Of a stretch of 64,000 nucleotides of DNA, positions 12,831 to 24,211 are shown in pieces (position 1 is the stretch's first letter; every line of letters starts with the position of its first letter). The DNA is from Chiloscyllium plagiosum (Eukaryota), in contig NC_057750.1 of assembly GCF_004010195.1 (NCBI RefSeq), positions 9,620,062 through 9,684,061 on the forward strand, written 5' to 3'. Below the pieces are notes generated by a model. That model was not told the DNA's origin. It saw nothing but the letters and a program-made list of their open reading frames with translations, and ran no database searches. Position numbers and translations under genes: made by a program.

Positions 12831-13921
12831 AATTAGAAGGCATTGCTGTGCTTTCTTCACCAAGATACTTTGGACCGGAAGCGTTAACTCTGATGTCTCT
12901 CCACCTGCTGAACTTTTCCAGCAATTTCCATCCTTGTTTCTGTTCCACATTCCTTTTGCGTTTTACTTTCCCCCCCCCTTTGCTGTTCGACTCAATACTT
13001 AAGTAAAGGATGCTGCCCCCATAGTCCTCACCTCTCATTAGAGAGAGACAGCTGGAGGTGGTTTAAACTGAGAGTCACTACGCCTCAGGCCAGGAGGCAA
13101 GGCCAAGATCATAGTAATCCCTCAATCAATCTCACGAATAAACTGAAATCAGATTGTGATCACATTGCTGTTTATGCACTATTGCTTGTCAAGTTTCCAA
13201 TCTTCCAACAGCAAGTTCACTTCTGCAAAATACTGTATCCAGTTCCGGTTTTCCCAGTTATAGGAAGGATATTATTAAAGCTGGAGAGGGTTCAGAAGAG
13301 GGCCTTGGTCCTGTTACACTTCCAAGTGCAATCTTGTCATGGACATACTGACTGAATCCGATTTTGGAAAGTGATTCCGAAGTCTGAGCACCAGGGTGAC
13401 TGGGATTTTCCAGAGGGGGTAGGGATCTGGTCTCATTTCTTCAGCTTGGCTGATCTCTCGCACAGGCCTTCTCCCATTCCAAGTGGTAGCCAGTTATTTC
13501 CTGGCTGGAAGAAACGGACTGATTATTCCAACAAATAATTCCCTTACACCTGAGCCCTTTACTCAGCCATTATAATAACTGCTCTCCTGACACAACAGTA
13601 TCAAATTCCGACAGTGTGGAAGCAACCCATCGAGTCCAGGCTGCCCCTCCAAAGACCATCCCACCCAGACCCACCAATCCCCATATACTCTGCATTTCCC
13701 ATGGCCAACCCATCTAGCCTGCACATCCCTGGGGCAATTTAGCATGGCCAATCTAATCTAACCAGCACATTGAGTCATAAAGATGTACAGCACAGAAACA
13801 GACCCTTCGGTCCAACCCGTCTGTGCTGACCAGATATCCCAACCCAATCTAGTCCCATTTGGCAGCACTTGGTCCATATCTCTCTTACCCCCTTCCTATT
13901 ATTATAGCCATCCAGATGCCT

Positions 13922-14421
13922 NNNNNNNNNNNNNNNNNNNNNNNNNNNNNNNNNNNNNNNNNNNNNNNNNNNNNNNNNNNNNNNNNNNNNNNNNNNNNNN
14001 NNNNNNNNNNNNNNNNNNNNNNNNNNNNNNNNNNNNNNNNNNNNNNNNNNNNNNNNNNNNNNNNNNNNNNNNNNNNNNNNNNNNNNNNNNNNNNNNNNNN
14101 NNNNNNNNNNNNNNNNNNNNNNNNNNNNNNNNNNNNNNNNNNNNNNNNNNNNNNNNNNNNNNNNNNNNNNNNNNNNNNNNNNNNNNNNNNNNNNNNNNNN
14201 NNNNNNNNNNNNNNNNNNNNNNNNNNNNNNNNNNNNNNNNNNNNNNNNNNNNNNNNNNNNNNNNNNNNNNNNNNNNNNNNNNNNNNNNNNNNNNNNNNNN
14301 NNNNNNNNNNNNNNNNNNNNNNNNNNNNNNNNNNNNNNNNNNNNNNNNNNNNNNNNNNNNNNNNNNNNNNNNNNNNNNNNNNNNNNNNNNNNNNNNNNNN
14401 NNNNNNNNNNNNNNNNNNNNN
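13922..14421. other. Assembly gap (500 N)
   Basis: Run of N. Confidence 1.
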
Positions 14422-15087
14422 GTCTTGTCAGAGACACTACTGCTATACTGAAGGAGCGCTGTCTTCTCATAGACACGACTGCTGTACTGAAAGAGTGCTG
14501 TCTTGTCAGGCTCACTACTGCTGTACTGAAGGAGTGCTGTCTTGTCAGAGACACTACAGCTATACAGAAGGAGTGCTGTCTTGTCAGAGACACTATTGCT
14601 TTACTGAAGGAGTGCTGTCTTGTCAGGGACACTACTGCTGTACTGAAGGAGTGCTGTCTTGTCAGAGACACTACTGCGATACTGACGGAGTGCTGTCTTG
14701 TCAGAGACACTACTGCTGTACTGAAGGAATGTTGCCTTGTCAGAGACACTACTGCTGTACTGAATGAGTGCTGTCTTGTCAGACACTACTGCTATACTGA
14801 AGGAGTGCTGTCTTGTCAGGGACACTACTGCTGTACTGAAGGAGTGCTGTCTTGTCAGAGACACTACTGATGTACTGAAGGAGTGCTGTCTTGTCAGAGA
14901 CACTACTGCTGTACTGAAGGAGTGCTGTCTTGTCAGAGACACTACTGTACTGAAGGTGTGCTGTCTTCTCATAGACGCTACTGCGATACTGACGGAGTGC
15001 TGTATTGTCAGAGACACTACTGCTACACTGAAAGCGGGCTGCCTTGTCAGGGACACGACTGCTATACTGAAGGAGTGCTGTGTTGTC
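14422..15087. repeat. 39-bp minisatellite (~17 units, abuts gap)
   Basis: Unit gtcttgtcagagacactactgctgtactgaaggagtgct. Confidence 0.95.
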
Positions 15088-16869
15088 ATGTACTCCAGCT
15101 GCTGGCTGAGAGATTAAAGCCAACATTCTGTTCAGTAGGCGCTGAAGACTCTGTCAGGTTATTCAATGTCAAAGCAAGGCCAGCATCCACTGGCAGCATG
15201 AGCCGATGAGTTGTTTAGTTTTCACACTGCCGTTTATTGAGCACTTTTCTTCACCCGTCTTTGAGATGTCGGCATCACTGGCTGATGACGAAGGCCTTAT
15301 GCTTGAATCATCAATCCTCCTGCTCCTCAGATGCTGCCTGACCGACTGTGCTTTTCCAGCACCACACTCTTGGACTCTGATCTCCAGTATTGCAGTGCTC
15401 ACTTTCTCCTGGTCATTGGGAAATCGCAGCTGCTTCACTCATGCCCCTTTCGGGGAGGAATCTGCCATCCTTACCCACAGTCTCCCCCATGTCTGCAAGG
15501 GTTTCCTGCGGGTGCCCCGCTTACTTCCCACAGTCCAATGATGTGCAGGTTAGGGTGGATTAACAATGCTAAATTGCCCCATAGTTGTCAGGGATGTGTA
15601 GATTCGGTGCATTAGTCAGGGGGAAATGTAAAGTAATACGGTAGAGGAATGGGTTTGGGTGGGTTATTCTTCAGAGGATTGGTGTGGACTTGTTAGGCCA
15701 AATGGCCTGTTTTCATACTGTAGGGATTCTATGAATCTACCTGATCTGGCCTACACGTGACTCCAGACCTGCGGCAATGTGGTTGATTCTTAATTGCCCT
15801 CTGGGCAATTAGAGATGGGCAAAATATACTGGCCTGACCAACGACACCCAGATCCTGTGAATAGTGCGGCGATGAGTAAATGACACAGAAGAAAGTGTTC
15901 GGTTTTCCGTTTGATGTTGTGTCCTGAAATCTACATGGTCCCTAAACATTGCTGTGGGTCTGGAGTCACATGGAGGCCAGACCAGGTATGGTTTGGCAGA
16001 TTCCCCTCCCAAAAAGGCATTGAAGAACCAGGTGGGTTTTCACAATGATACATTCTCAGTCATATAAAGGCCAAGTATTGCGGGTACTAGAAATCTGAAA
16101 CCGCCACACAGACAGAGAGCTGGAGAAACTCAGCAGGTCTGAAACATTCATGCTGTTTTTCTCTCTCTCCACTGTTTACTGAGTTTCCCCAACGTTTTCC
16201 AGAGTCACAGTCACCCTTTTAGACTAGCTTTCGAATCCCGAGTTAAACTTAAACTTGCACCAGCTCCCAGCGTGGCACTTTGACCTGTGTCTCCATAATG
16301 TTACTGACACTAGTCTGCAGACCGAGAGGGGCAGAGTCAGGGGGGGTCTCTCTGCCTCTGACCAGGCCGCAAGAGCGTTAATTAACAAAGTGAGCAGGGG
16401 CTGGAGTTAAAATGACCCGATATGAACGTCTGGAGTCCCAGAACGAGGAAACAATAGGCTTGTTTTCCAGAGCAGTCTTGGTGATCCATCTGGTTCTAAT
16501 ATTGAGAGAGTGGCCCTGAATTATTTGGTCAGAATAATATTTATCAGATGCCATGGCATGGGTTTCGTGAACAAAGTGAAGTGAGCATGTTTATATTTGT
16601 CTCTCGCTGCACTAGAGAACAGAGGATTCCAACACTGACAGGAACAGAGAGAGCGTCAGCAGAGCATTACAATTCTGGAGTTAGGTTCCAGTAGCTCGAT
16701 GGGACAGATAAGCCCAGGGTCGAATTCACGTGTACTCCTTTTAATATTTCCTGTGCAAACTATTGACGAACAGAATACAGCTTCCACATCCAGGCAGCAA
16801 GACTCCTGGACCGGCAGGGCTTTACACATCACCCCCTTCTGAGAATAACTGATACAATGCAGAAAGAGT

Positions 16870-17383
16870 ATTTGATGGGGACAGTGTAGAGAGAGCTTTA
16901 CTGTGTATCCACACCCATGCTGTCCCTGTCCTGGGAGTGTTTCACAGGGACAGTGTAGAGGGAGCTTTACTGTGTATCTAACCCCGTGCTGTGCCTGTCC
17001 TGGGAGTGTTTCACAGGGACAGTGTAGAGGGAGCTTTACTGTGTATCCACACCCATGCTGTCTTTGTCCTGGAAGTGTTTCACAAGGACAGTGTAGAGGG
17101 AGCTTTACTCTGTATCCAAACCCATGCTGTCCCTGTCCTGGGAGTGTTTGATGGGGACAGTGTAGACAGAGCTTTACTCTATATCTAACCCCGTGCTGTC
17201 CTGTCCTGGGAGTGTTTGATGGGGACAGTGTAGAGGGAGCTTTAATCCGTATCTAATCCCACAATGTACCCTCCTGGGATTGTTTAGTGGGGACAGTGTA
17301 GAGAGAGCTTTACTTTCTGTTTAAAAGAGATGGGGAAGCTTTACTTTGTGTCTAGTCCCATGCTATCCCTGTCCTGGAAGTGC
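16870..17383. repeat. ~69-bp minisatellite (~7.5 units)
   Basis: Unit gggacagtgtagagggagctttactctgtatctaaccccgtgctgtccctgtcctgggagtgtttgatg. Confidence 0.95.
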
Positions 17384-18524
17384 TCCCTCGTCAGGTGAAG
17401 TCCCACACTTCCAACAGGGGCAGCACGCTGTATGTTACCCAAGGGAGTGCCGAAAGCAGACATGTGATGTACAAGTTGCCAAAGGATCGCATTAATCAAT
17501 ATTAGCATATCTCACTAACGCAGAAAATTCACAGAAATGAAACGCGGAGAGGTGACCTCATCATACTTGACAGTAGCTTTTCAAAAAACTCTGGGTTAGA
17601 ATTATCTTTGACAAGCAGGGACATGAGGGGAAATTGGGTTTTGTGCCTGTTTTGGAGATAATTGAATCGTAAGATTTTTGAACTAGTTTTATTAGTCTCG
17701 AAAAGTAAACAAAGCTGTTACGATCAAAGCCATAAAGAGTTTGCAATTGTACTGGAGAAAAAAAAAGGCTTGCCTGAAATTGAGCCTTCCAACTTCCATT
17801 AAAGTGTTCAAATTGCAACAAAGCAGTCAAGAAAATCCTGGAGACAACGTGCAAATTTAATATAGCGATTGGGAGAGATGTTTGGTTGAATTGATCTTTA
17901 GCTTGTTTTCCAAACTTTTTTTTTCCGTTCCTCCAAGGTCTCTCTTGCTTCCTTAATTCTGACCTCTTGATCAACCCAGTTGGCTGTGTGCCTTCAGTTA
18001 TCTGGGTCCGATGAAACTCCTCTTCCTTCCTCAAACCTCCTTAACACCACCCGTCAGAGATGGCCTGAACTTAACTCGTCTCGCTGTCAAATTTTATCCA
18101 GTTATGTTCCTACTAAGTGCCTCGTGAGGTTTATGATGCTGGCGGTGTTATCTAAATGCACGTTGTTATCATAGTTGCCATGAAATAACAAGAGCAGGAT
18201 TGAACTCCATGTATTATATTGGCTGCCTGGTCAGGAACTGTTATGCATTACAACATACTGTGGGGGAGTGAGGAAAGATTGCATTGGAATATCTCTGCAT
18301 AATAATAAAAGTTCGAGTCTTTGTCTGTCTGAAATCCCTGTGTGCATTGTTAAAATCCCTGAGGAGACTTATCACATTTAAAAAGAACTAGACTTCCCAG
18401 TGATTAACGGAATGGATCAAATAACACTTGATCCACTTCATCTTAAGACTTTTACTGTAACAGACAAACCAAAAGCGATCAAACATTACTTAACCAGCAA
18501 CTAATGCGTCAAATTAAAGCCATG

Positions 18525-18710
18525 AGGTGGAGGTGCCTGGGTTGGACAAGGTCAGAGGTCACACGACACCAGGTTATAGTCCAATGGGTTTATTTGAAAT
18601 CACAAGCTTTCGGAGCGCTGTTCCAGTGAAGTCCCACACTTCCAACAGGGGCAGCACCTGTTAAATAAACCCAATGGACTATAACCTGATGTGGTGATGT
18701 GACTTCTGAT
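18525..18710. mobile_element. PLE family B inverted micro-element
   Basis: acaccaggttatagtccaatgggtttattt arm and inverted aaataaacccaatggactataacctg arm. Confidence 0.75.
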
Positions 18711-18759
18711 CAAATTAAAGAACAGGTAAATTAACCAACTCATTAAACACAACCTATAT

Positions 18760-19112
18760 TTTATAAAATCATGAGGGGCATGGATAGGGTAAATTGGCAA
18801 TGTCTTTTCCCTGGGGTCGGGGAGGCCAGAACGAGAGGGCATAGGTTTAGGGTGAGAGGGGAAAGATATAAAAGGGACCTAAGGGGCAATGTTTCCACAC
18901 AGAGGGTGGTACGTGTATGGAATGAGCTGCCAGAGGAAGTGGTGGAGGCTGGTACAATTACAACCTTTAAAAGGTAGCTGAATTGGTATATGAATACGAA
19001 GGGTTTAGAGGGATATGGGCCGAATGCTGGCAAATGGGACGAGATTAATTTAGGATAGCTGATCAGCATGGACGAGTGGAGGAAAGGGTTTGTTTCCGTG
19101 CTGTACATCTCT
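18760..19112 (+). mobile_element. CR1 3' fragment
   Basis: MRGMDRVN...RTRGHRFRVRG...WNELPEEVV. Confidence 0.85.
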
Positions 19113-19494
19113 ACAACCACAAAATTATGAGCTTGCAGGCATATGAAGTAGGAGCCTATTTGTCTGCTCCACACAATTATGTTTCTGGTTTGATTTCCAC
19201 ACTTTGATCTATCCCCAATAACCGTTCCATCCTCTGCCTGACAAGACTCTTATCACCTCTGTCTTAAAACTATTCGGTGACTCCTTCCCAACCTCCTCCA
19301 TTTTCTGAGGCAGAGTGTTCCAAATACCCACAATCCTCTGAGAGAACATTACTGCTTCTCCTATCTGTCCTGAATGAGGTGACCGGAATTTTAAAATTCT
19401 GGACAGGAAGAACCGTTCCTATCATATCCAACTTTGTCAAGTCCGCTCAGGATCTTACGCACTTCAATTAAGCCATCCCTAACTCTCCTTTGAG

Positions 19495-19800
19495 TTGGTT
19501 CAGTGGTTAGCACTACTGCCTGAGTTCGATTCCAGCCTCGGGTGGCTATCTGTGTGGAGTTTGCATGTTCTCCCCGTGTCTGCCCCCTGGCTTTCCTTCG
19601 GGTGCTCCGGTTTCCTCCCTCAATCCAAAGCTGTGTATATCAGGGTGGATTGGCCACGCTAAATTGCTCACAGTGTCCACGGATGAGCAGGCTGGGTAAG
19701 TTAGCCAATGGGAAATGCAGGGTCTGGCGGGATGCTGTTCGGAGGGGTGGTGTGAACTCGATGAGCTGAATGGCCTGCTTCCACACTGCAAGGATTCTAA
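19495..19800 (+). mobile_element. HE1-type V-SINE
   Basis: Truncated tRNA head, V-domain and tail. Confidence 0.75.
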
Positions 19801-20279
19801 ACTCCAGTGGTAACAAGCTCAGTCTATCTAATCTTTCCTCCTCAGACAACCCACTTATTCCAGGTATCAATTGAGTAAACCTCACCTCTGAAGTATTGGT
19901 ATCTTTCCTTCAATATAGAGAAAATAGCATACAGTCTTGATGAAGGGTCCTGACTTTCCTGCTCCTCTGATGCTGCCTGACCTCCCTGTGTTTTTCCAAT
20001 TCCACATTTTATTGACTCTGATTCCCAGCATCTGCAGTCCTTACTATCTGCCGCAAACAATGTTTGCACTGCTATGTCACTGATGCCTGGTATAAAGGAA
20101 GCATAGCCTCCTTACTTTAATGTTTAATTCCACTCATTAATAAAGTGTGACATTGCCTTAGCCTCCTCCATTATGTGCTACACCTGCTTACTCATGCAGC
20201 AGTAGTCCCAAAGCTGTCTACTCTACGAAATTCTACCCTTGTTCTCTACTGAAGTAATACCTCGCTTTTTTAAAAAATC

Positions 20280-20912
20280 TGTAATGATGCTGAGACTTGA
20301 AGAGATTATTTTGTCCTGATTATTTTGAAGAGAGGTTGTGAGACAGAGACACTGAGCAGTCTACCAGAACTATTGGACTGGACAGGTCCTGGTTTTTTTT
20401 TTTAAGTTGAAACAACAGAAGTAGCCTGAATGGGTGTGGTCAGCTTTCACAGGCCAGTTTTGTTTAGTTTTTAGGTTTAGCTTTAAGCAGAAGCTATTGG
20501 GGTCTCAACGGAGTTGGAATCTTCAGTGAATGTCTCCTGGTTGCTAGTCTCTGAATTTTCTCTTGATTTTTTTCCCTCCTGGATTAGAGAACTGCATGTA
20601 AGAATCTCTGTCTGAATTTGCATTTTGTTTTTGTCAAGGGGTGTGTTTATGGGATTTTACAATATTGGAACAGTTAATTTGTAACAACAGTAATAATTAG
20701 TAATAGTAATAATTACCGTATCTATTATTCAGTTAAATTTTCCAATAAATTTATTCTAAATTGCTCTTTCTTTGATATATTTTAACTACGAGTAGTTTGA
20801 CCAGTCGCATTGCATCGAGAACAGAAACTTCACATCTACCTTTGAGAAAATGTTAGGGTTAAGGCTACTTTCTTAAGGCTACTTTGTGGGAGGGTCTGGT
20901 CTGGCCATAACA
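20280..20912 (+). mobile_element. Solo LTR-like element
   Basis: TGTAA...TAACA termini, near-TSD aatc/attc, internal AATAAA; its 3' end resembles that of 53228-54293. Confidence 0.55.
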
Positions 20913-21154
20913 ATTCTTGCTCTTAAAGTACATGCTTTCCCACGTTATACGCCACCTATCAGGTTACTGCCCACTCCCTCAACCCTGTCTGGATACCTTG
21001 ACAACTTCCTCATGTCTTCGTCAAGACCATTTCCTCCTTATCTTGGTCACCATTGCAAATTTAGCTGCTGTGCCCTCCACTCCCCTCAACAAAGTTATTG
21101 ATATCCCAGCAACACTTCACTTGTCAAATCCTGCCAATCAAACAAAGATCTCTC

Positions 21155-21650
21155 CGGATGTAGGTTTGCTCGCTGAGCTGGAAGGTTCTGTTTCAGACAT
21201 TTCGTCATTATACGAGGTAACATCATCAGTGAGCCTCCGGACGAAGCACTGGTGGTTGGGCCCTTTTTTTTTTATTTATGTGTTTAGGGTTCCTTGGGTT
21301 GGTGATGTCATTTCCTGTGGTGATCTCATTACCTTTGGTGATGTCACTTCCTGATCTTTTTCTCAGGGGGTGGTAAATGGAATCCAAGTCAATGTGTTTG
21401 TTGATAGAGTTCCGGTTGGAATGCCATGCTTCTAGGAATTCTCGTGAATGTCTCTGTTTGGCTCGTCCTGGGATGGATGTGTTCTCCCAATTGAAGTGGT
21501 GTCCTTCCTTATCTGTATGTAAGGATATTAATGAGAGAGGGTCATGTCTTTTTGTGGCTAGTTGATGTATCCTGGTGGCTAGTTTCCTGCCTGTTTGTCC
21601 AATGTAGTGTTTGTTACAGTCCTTGCAAGGTATTGTGTCAACGATTTTGT
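21155..21650 (-). mobile_element. Penelope-like element 3' fragment: GIY-YIG endonuclease plus family D terminus
   Basis: IPCKDCNKHYIGQTGRKLATRI...HHFNWENTSI...REFLEAWHS...SINKHIDL, followed by a hammerhead-bearing terminus. Confidence 0.9.
21196..21229 (-). ncRNA. Minimal hammerhead motif (PLE family D)
   Basis: Reverse strand: tca-CTGATGA-T-GTTA-cctcgtataa-TGAC-GAAA-TGTC-tga. Helix I tca/tga; helix III ATGT is consistent with CpG decay of ACGT. Confidence 0.65.
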
Positions 21651-22342
21651 AATTTTTGTGACCTCCGTCCACGCTGTATGAATTCTACACTTCTTATGGA
21701 ACTCTTAGGCAAAGCCTCACATCCAGGAGATGTGAAGAATTATATGGACAGTCTTTCCCAGATGTCTATCAGGTTCACTTCCCCCCCTCCCCCCGTCACA
21801 TCAGGTGAAAACCACTATTAGCCTGAGATAATCATTCCACACAGCCCAAATTTTCCAGATCACGTTATCATCACCAGCAAGTTCCATGTCTCAGTAACTG
21901 TCAGTTCTTTAAATCACCAATCCCATCGAACCTGTTCCTTTCAAACAGAAACAAACTCTCACTTGATTGTTAACCCAAAACAGTCTTATTTATGTTTTAA
22001 ATGTTAAATAAGTAAATATAAAAGTCACGAGAGTGAGGGTGGGATTTGAAACCAATTTTCCGTGTGATTATTCCAGCAAAATAATCTCTCTGATACCATA
22101 TCTCCTCAAGTGACTGGAACACAGTGTGCTAATAAGCATTTCAATTGAAATCTCAAACCTAAAGTGGATGTTAATCGTTTGTGAAAGGACAATGGTGGAT
22201 TGATATTTGATATTTCCCATGTTTTTATACATATTCATGTTTAGCCTTTACGCCTTGCAGTATTATAGTAGGGAGGCATAGCTAAAACAGTACAAGGCAT
22301 TAGTCAGACCACAGCACTTTTGATTCCTTCCTTTGATATCGT

Positions 22343-22650
22343 AGAATCTGTACAGCAGGTCATTTGGCCCATCAGTTCCACACCCACCCTCCCATCTGCA
22401 GAGTGTTCCAATCAGACCTACCTCATCCCTGTAACCCTACATTCCCCATGGCTAACCCACCTAGCCTACACACTACAGGGTAATGTAGCATGGTCAGTCT
22501 GTCTAAGCTGTAGATCTTTGGAATGAAGGAGGAAACCCACACAGACACAAGGAGAACATGCAAACTCCACACAGACAGTCACCCAAGGCTGGAATTGAAC
22601 CTGGGTCCCTGATGCTGTAAGGCAGCAGTGCTAACCACTGAGCCACCGTG
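22343..22650 (-). mobile_element. HE1-type V-SINE
   Basis: Reverse tRNA head and V-domain. Confidence 0.8.
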
Positions 22651-23612
22651 CGCTACTGCTGCTGTCTGTTTGATACATCAAATACCTTTACCTGACTACT
22701 CACATCTTCTTGTAATCAAAATCAACTTAACATTTGCAGTCTTAATCACTTCCTTTACCTGCATGACACAGGACGTATGCATGCGCAAAGTTAGATTTCT
22801 CAAATGACATAATTTCTCTTTTTTCATAAGAGCAAGGAATGAAACGGCAATTAAATTTCAAAAATGTTGGAGAGATTTGATTGGAACCGTGGACCTCTCT
22901 TTCTGATGTCATTCACCAGTTGCCATGTGATTTAAGGGCTAGGTAGCAAAGGGTTAATCGTGATGCAAAGCTCCAGGATCGAATCCCACCGTGCCTGATG
23001 GTGAAATTTGAATTCAACAAAATCTGGAATTAAAAATATTGTTTCATTTTGACGTAACTTTTGCTGATTGTTGTTTATAAATCCATCTGGTTGATGAAAT
23101 CCCCTTTTGGGAAGGAAATCTGCCATCCTTATCTGGTCTGGCCTACATGTGATTCCTGATCCAATGGGCCGAATAGCCTTCTTCCACTCCGTAGTGATTC
23201 AAACTGTTGTGGTCTGACTAAAGCTTTGCAAGTTTTAGCAAGACCTCCCTACCTTAATACTCCAAGGCGTTAAGGTTAAACATGAATACCTATTTTAAAA
23301 AATGGGAAATATCAAATATCAATCCACCATTGCCCTTTCATGAACAATTAACATTATATTTGGATGCTCTTTAGGCTATTTAGGGGACGGTTCAGAGTCA
23401 ATCAGTTCAAGGGACAGTTGGGATGAGCAGCAAATGCTGGGCGTGCCCAGTGATGCTATGTATGAATTATGTTGTGGAGGTGCCAGTGTTGAACAGGGGT
23501 GGACCATGTCAGGAGTCAGACAACACCAGGTTATAGTCCAACAGGTTGATTTGAAATCACATGTCACTTCACCTGACAAAGGGATAGCGCTCCCAAAGAT
23601 TGCGATTTTCAA

Positions 23613-23847
23613 TGCAGGTAATCCCCCCTGCCATCCAAAAGTAGGGCGTTCCTATGAAACCTTTCGTAGGCCGAAATGGCGTCGAGCGAAGAAGCATTCA
23701 TTTTTGTGGGAAAAATTTTGCCTCTTCTCATAAAAGCAAAAATCCTCTTCAGATTTCTTTTGGTTTGTCAAAACAGATACTAATGTCGGTCCCTCATAAA
23801 AGCAAAGTGACATAAAACGAACTTTCCAGAAACGGGGGATATCTGTA
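23613..23847. mobile_element. Tc1/mariner (Tigger-like) MITE
   Basis: caggtaatcccccc...gggggatatctgta inverted termini; homologous to 28661-28860. Confidence 0.65.
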
Positions 23848-23977
23848 ATCCTATTGGGCTATGACCTGGCATTGTGTGACTTTTGGCTGTTTAGAATCAG
23901 ACTTCTAATGACAAGGTTATGTAGATGGATGTTGATGGTCATCGTGTGTCTTTTTGTATTCCCTCTCGTTCCTGCAG

Positions 23978-24211
23978 ATTCGTGGATTCATCAACGCGAT
24001 CAGACCCGACAATATAGAAGAGAAGGACCTCATGGCCTTCCGTTTCTACGCCTTGAACCCCATAGTTGATCCCTGGCTCTTCATCATCCTTCGCAAGTCC
24101 GTGTTCCGGAACATTCAGAGGATCCTCTGCTGCCGTTTCTCGATGTCGCTCCGCAGCAGCAATAACACCTTCCAAGAGCCGTTGAAACAGCAGAGCATCT
24201 CACTGTGTTGA
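23978..24211 (+). CDS. PTGIR: Terminal coding exon of prostacyclin (IP) receptor-like prostanoid GPCR (end of TM6, TM7, C-tail)
   Basis: Pyrimidine tract and acceptor (ccctctcgttcctgcag|ATT) in phase 0, then IRGFINAIRPDNIEEKDLMAFRFYALNPIVDPWLFIILRKSVF...ILCC...SISLC*. This has the prostanoid-receptor TM7 motif RFxxxNPIxDPW and the family's intron position at the end of TM6. DLxAFRFYA and terminal SLC match mammalian IP as I recall it. Confidence 0.85.
   Translation: MRGFINAIRPDNIEEKDLMAFRFYALNPIVDPWLFIILRKSVFRNIQRILCCRFSMSLRSSNNTFQEPLKQQSISLC

Noticed and set aside
13775..15209. Long ORFs across the gap and the 39-bp repeat
   Set aside because: Artefacts of N runs and a unit length divisible by 3
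17561..18034. 157-aa minus-strand ORF in unique sequence
   Set aside because: No recognisable homology, non-ATG start, no clear splice signals
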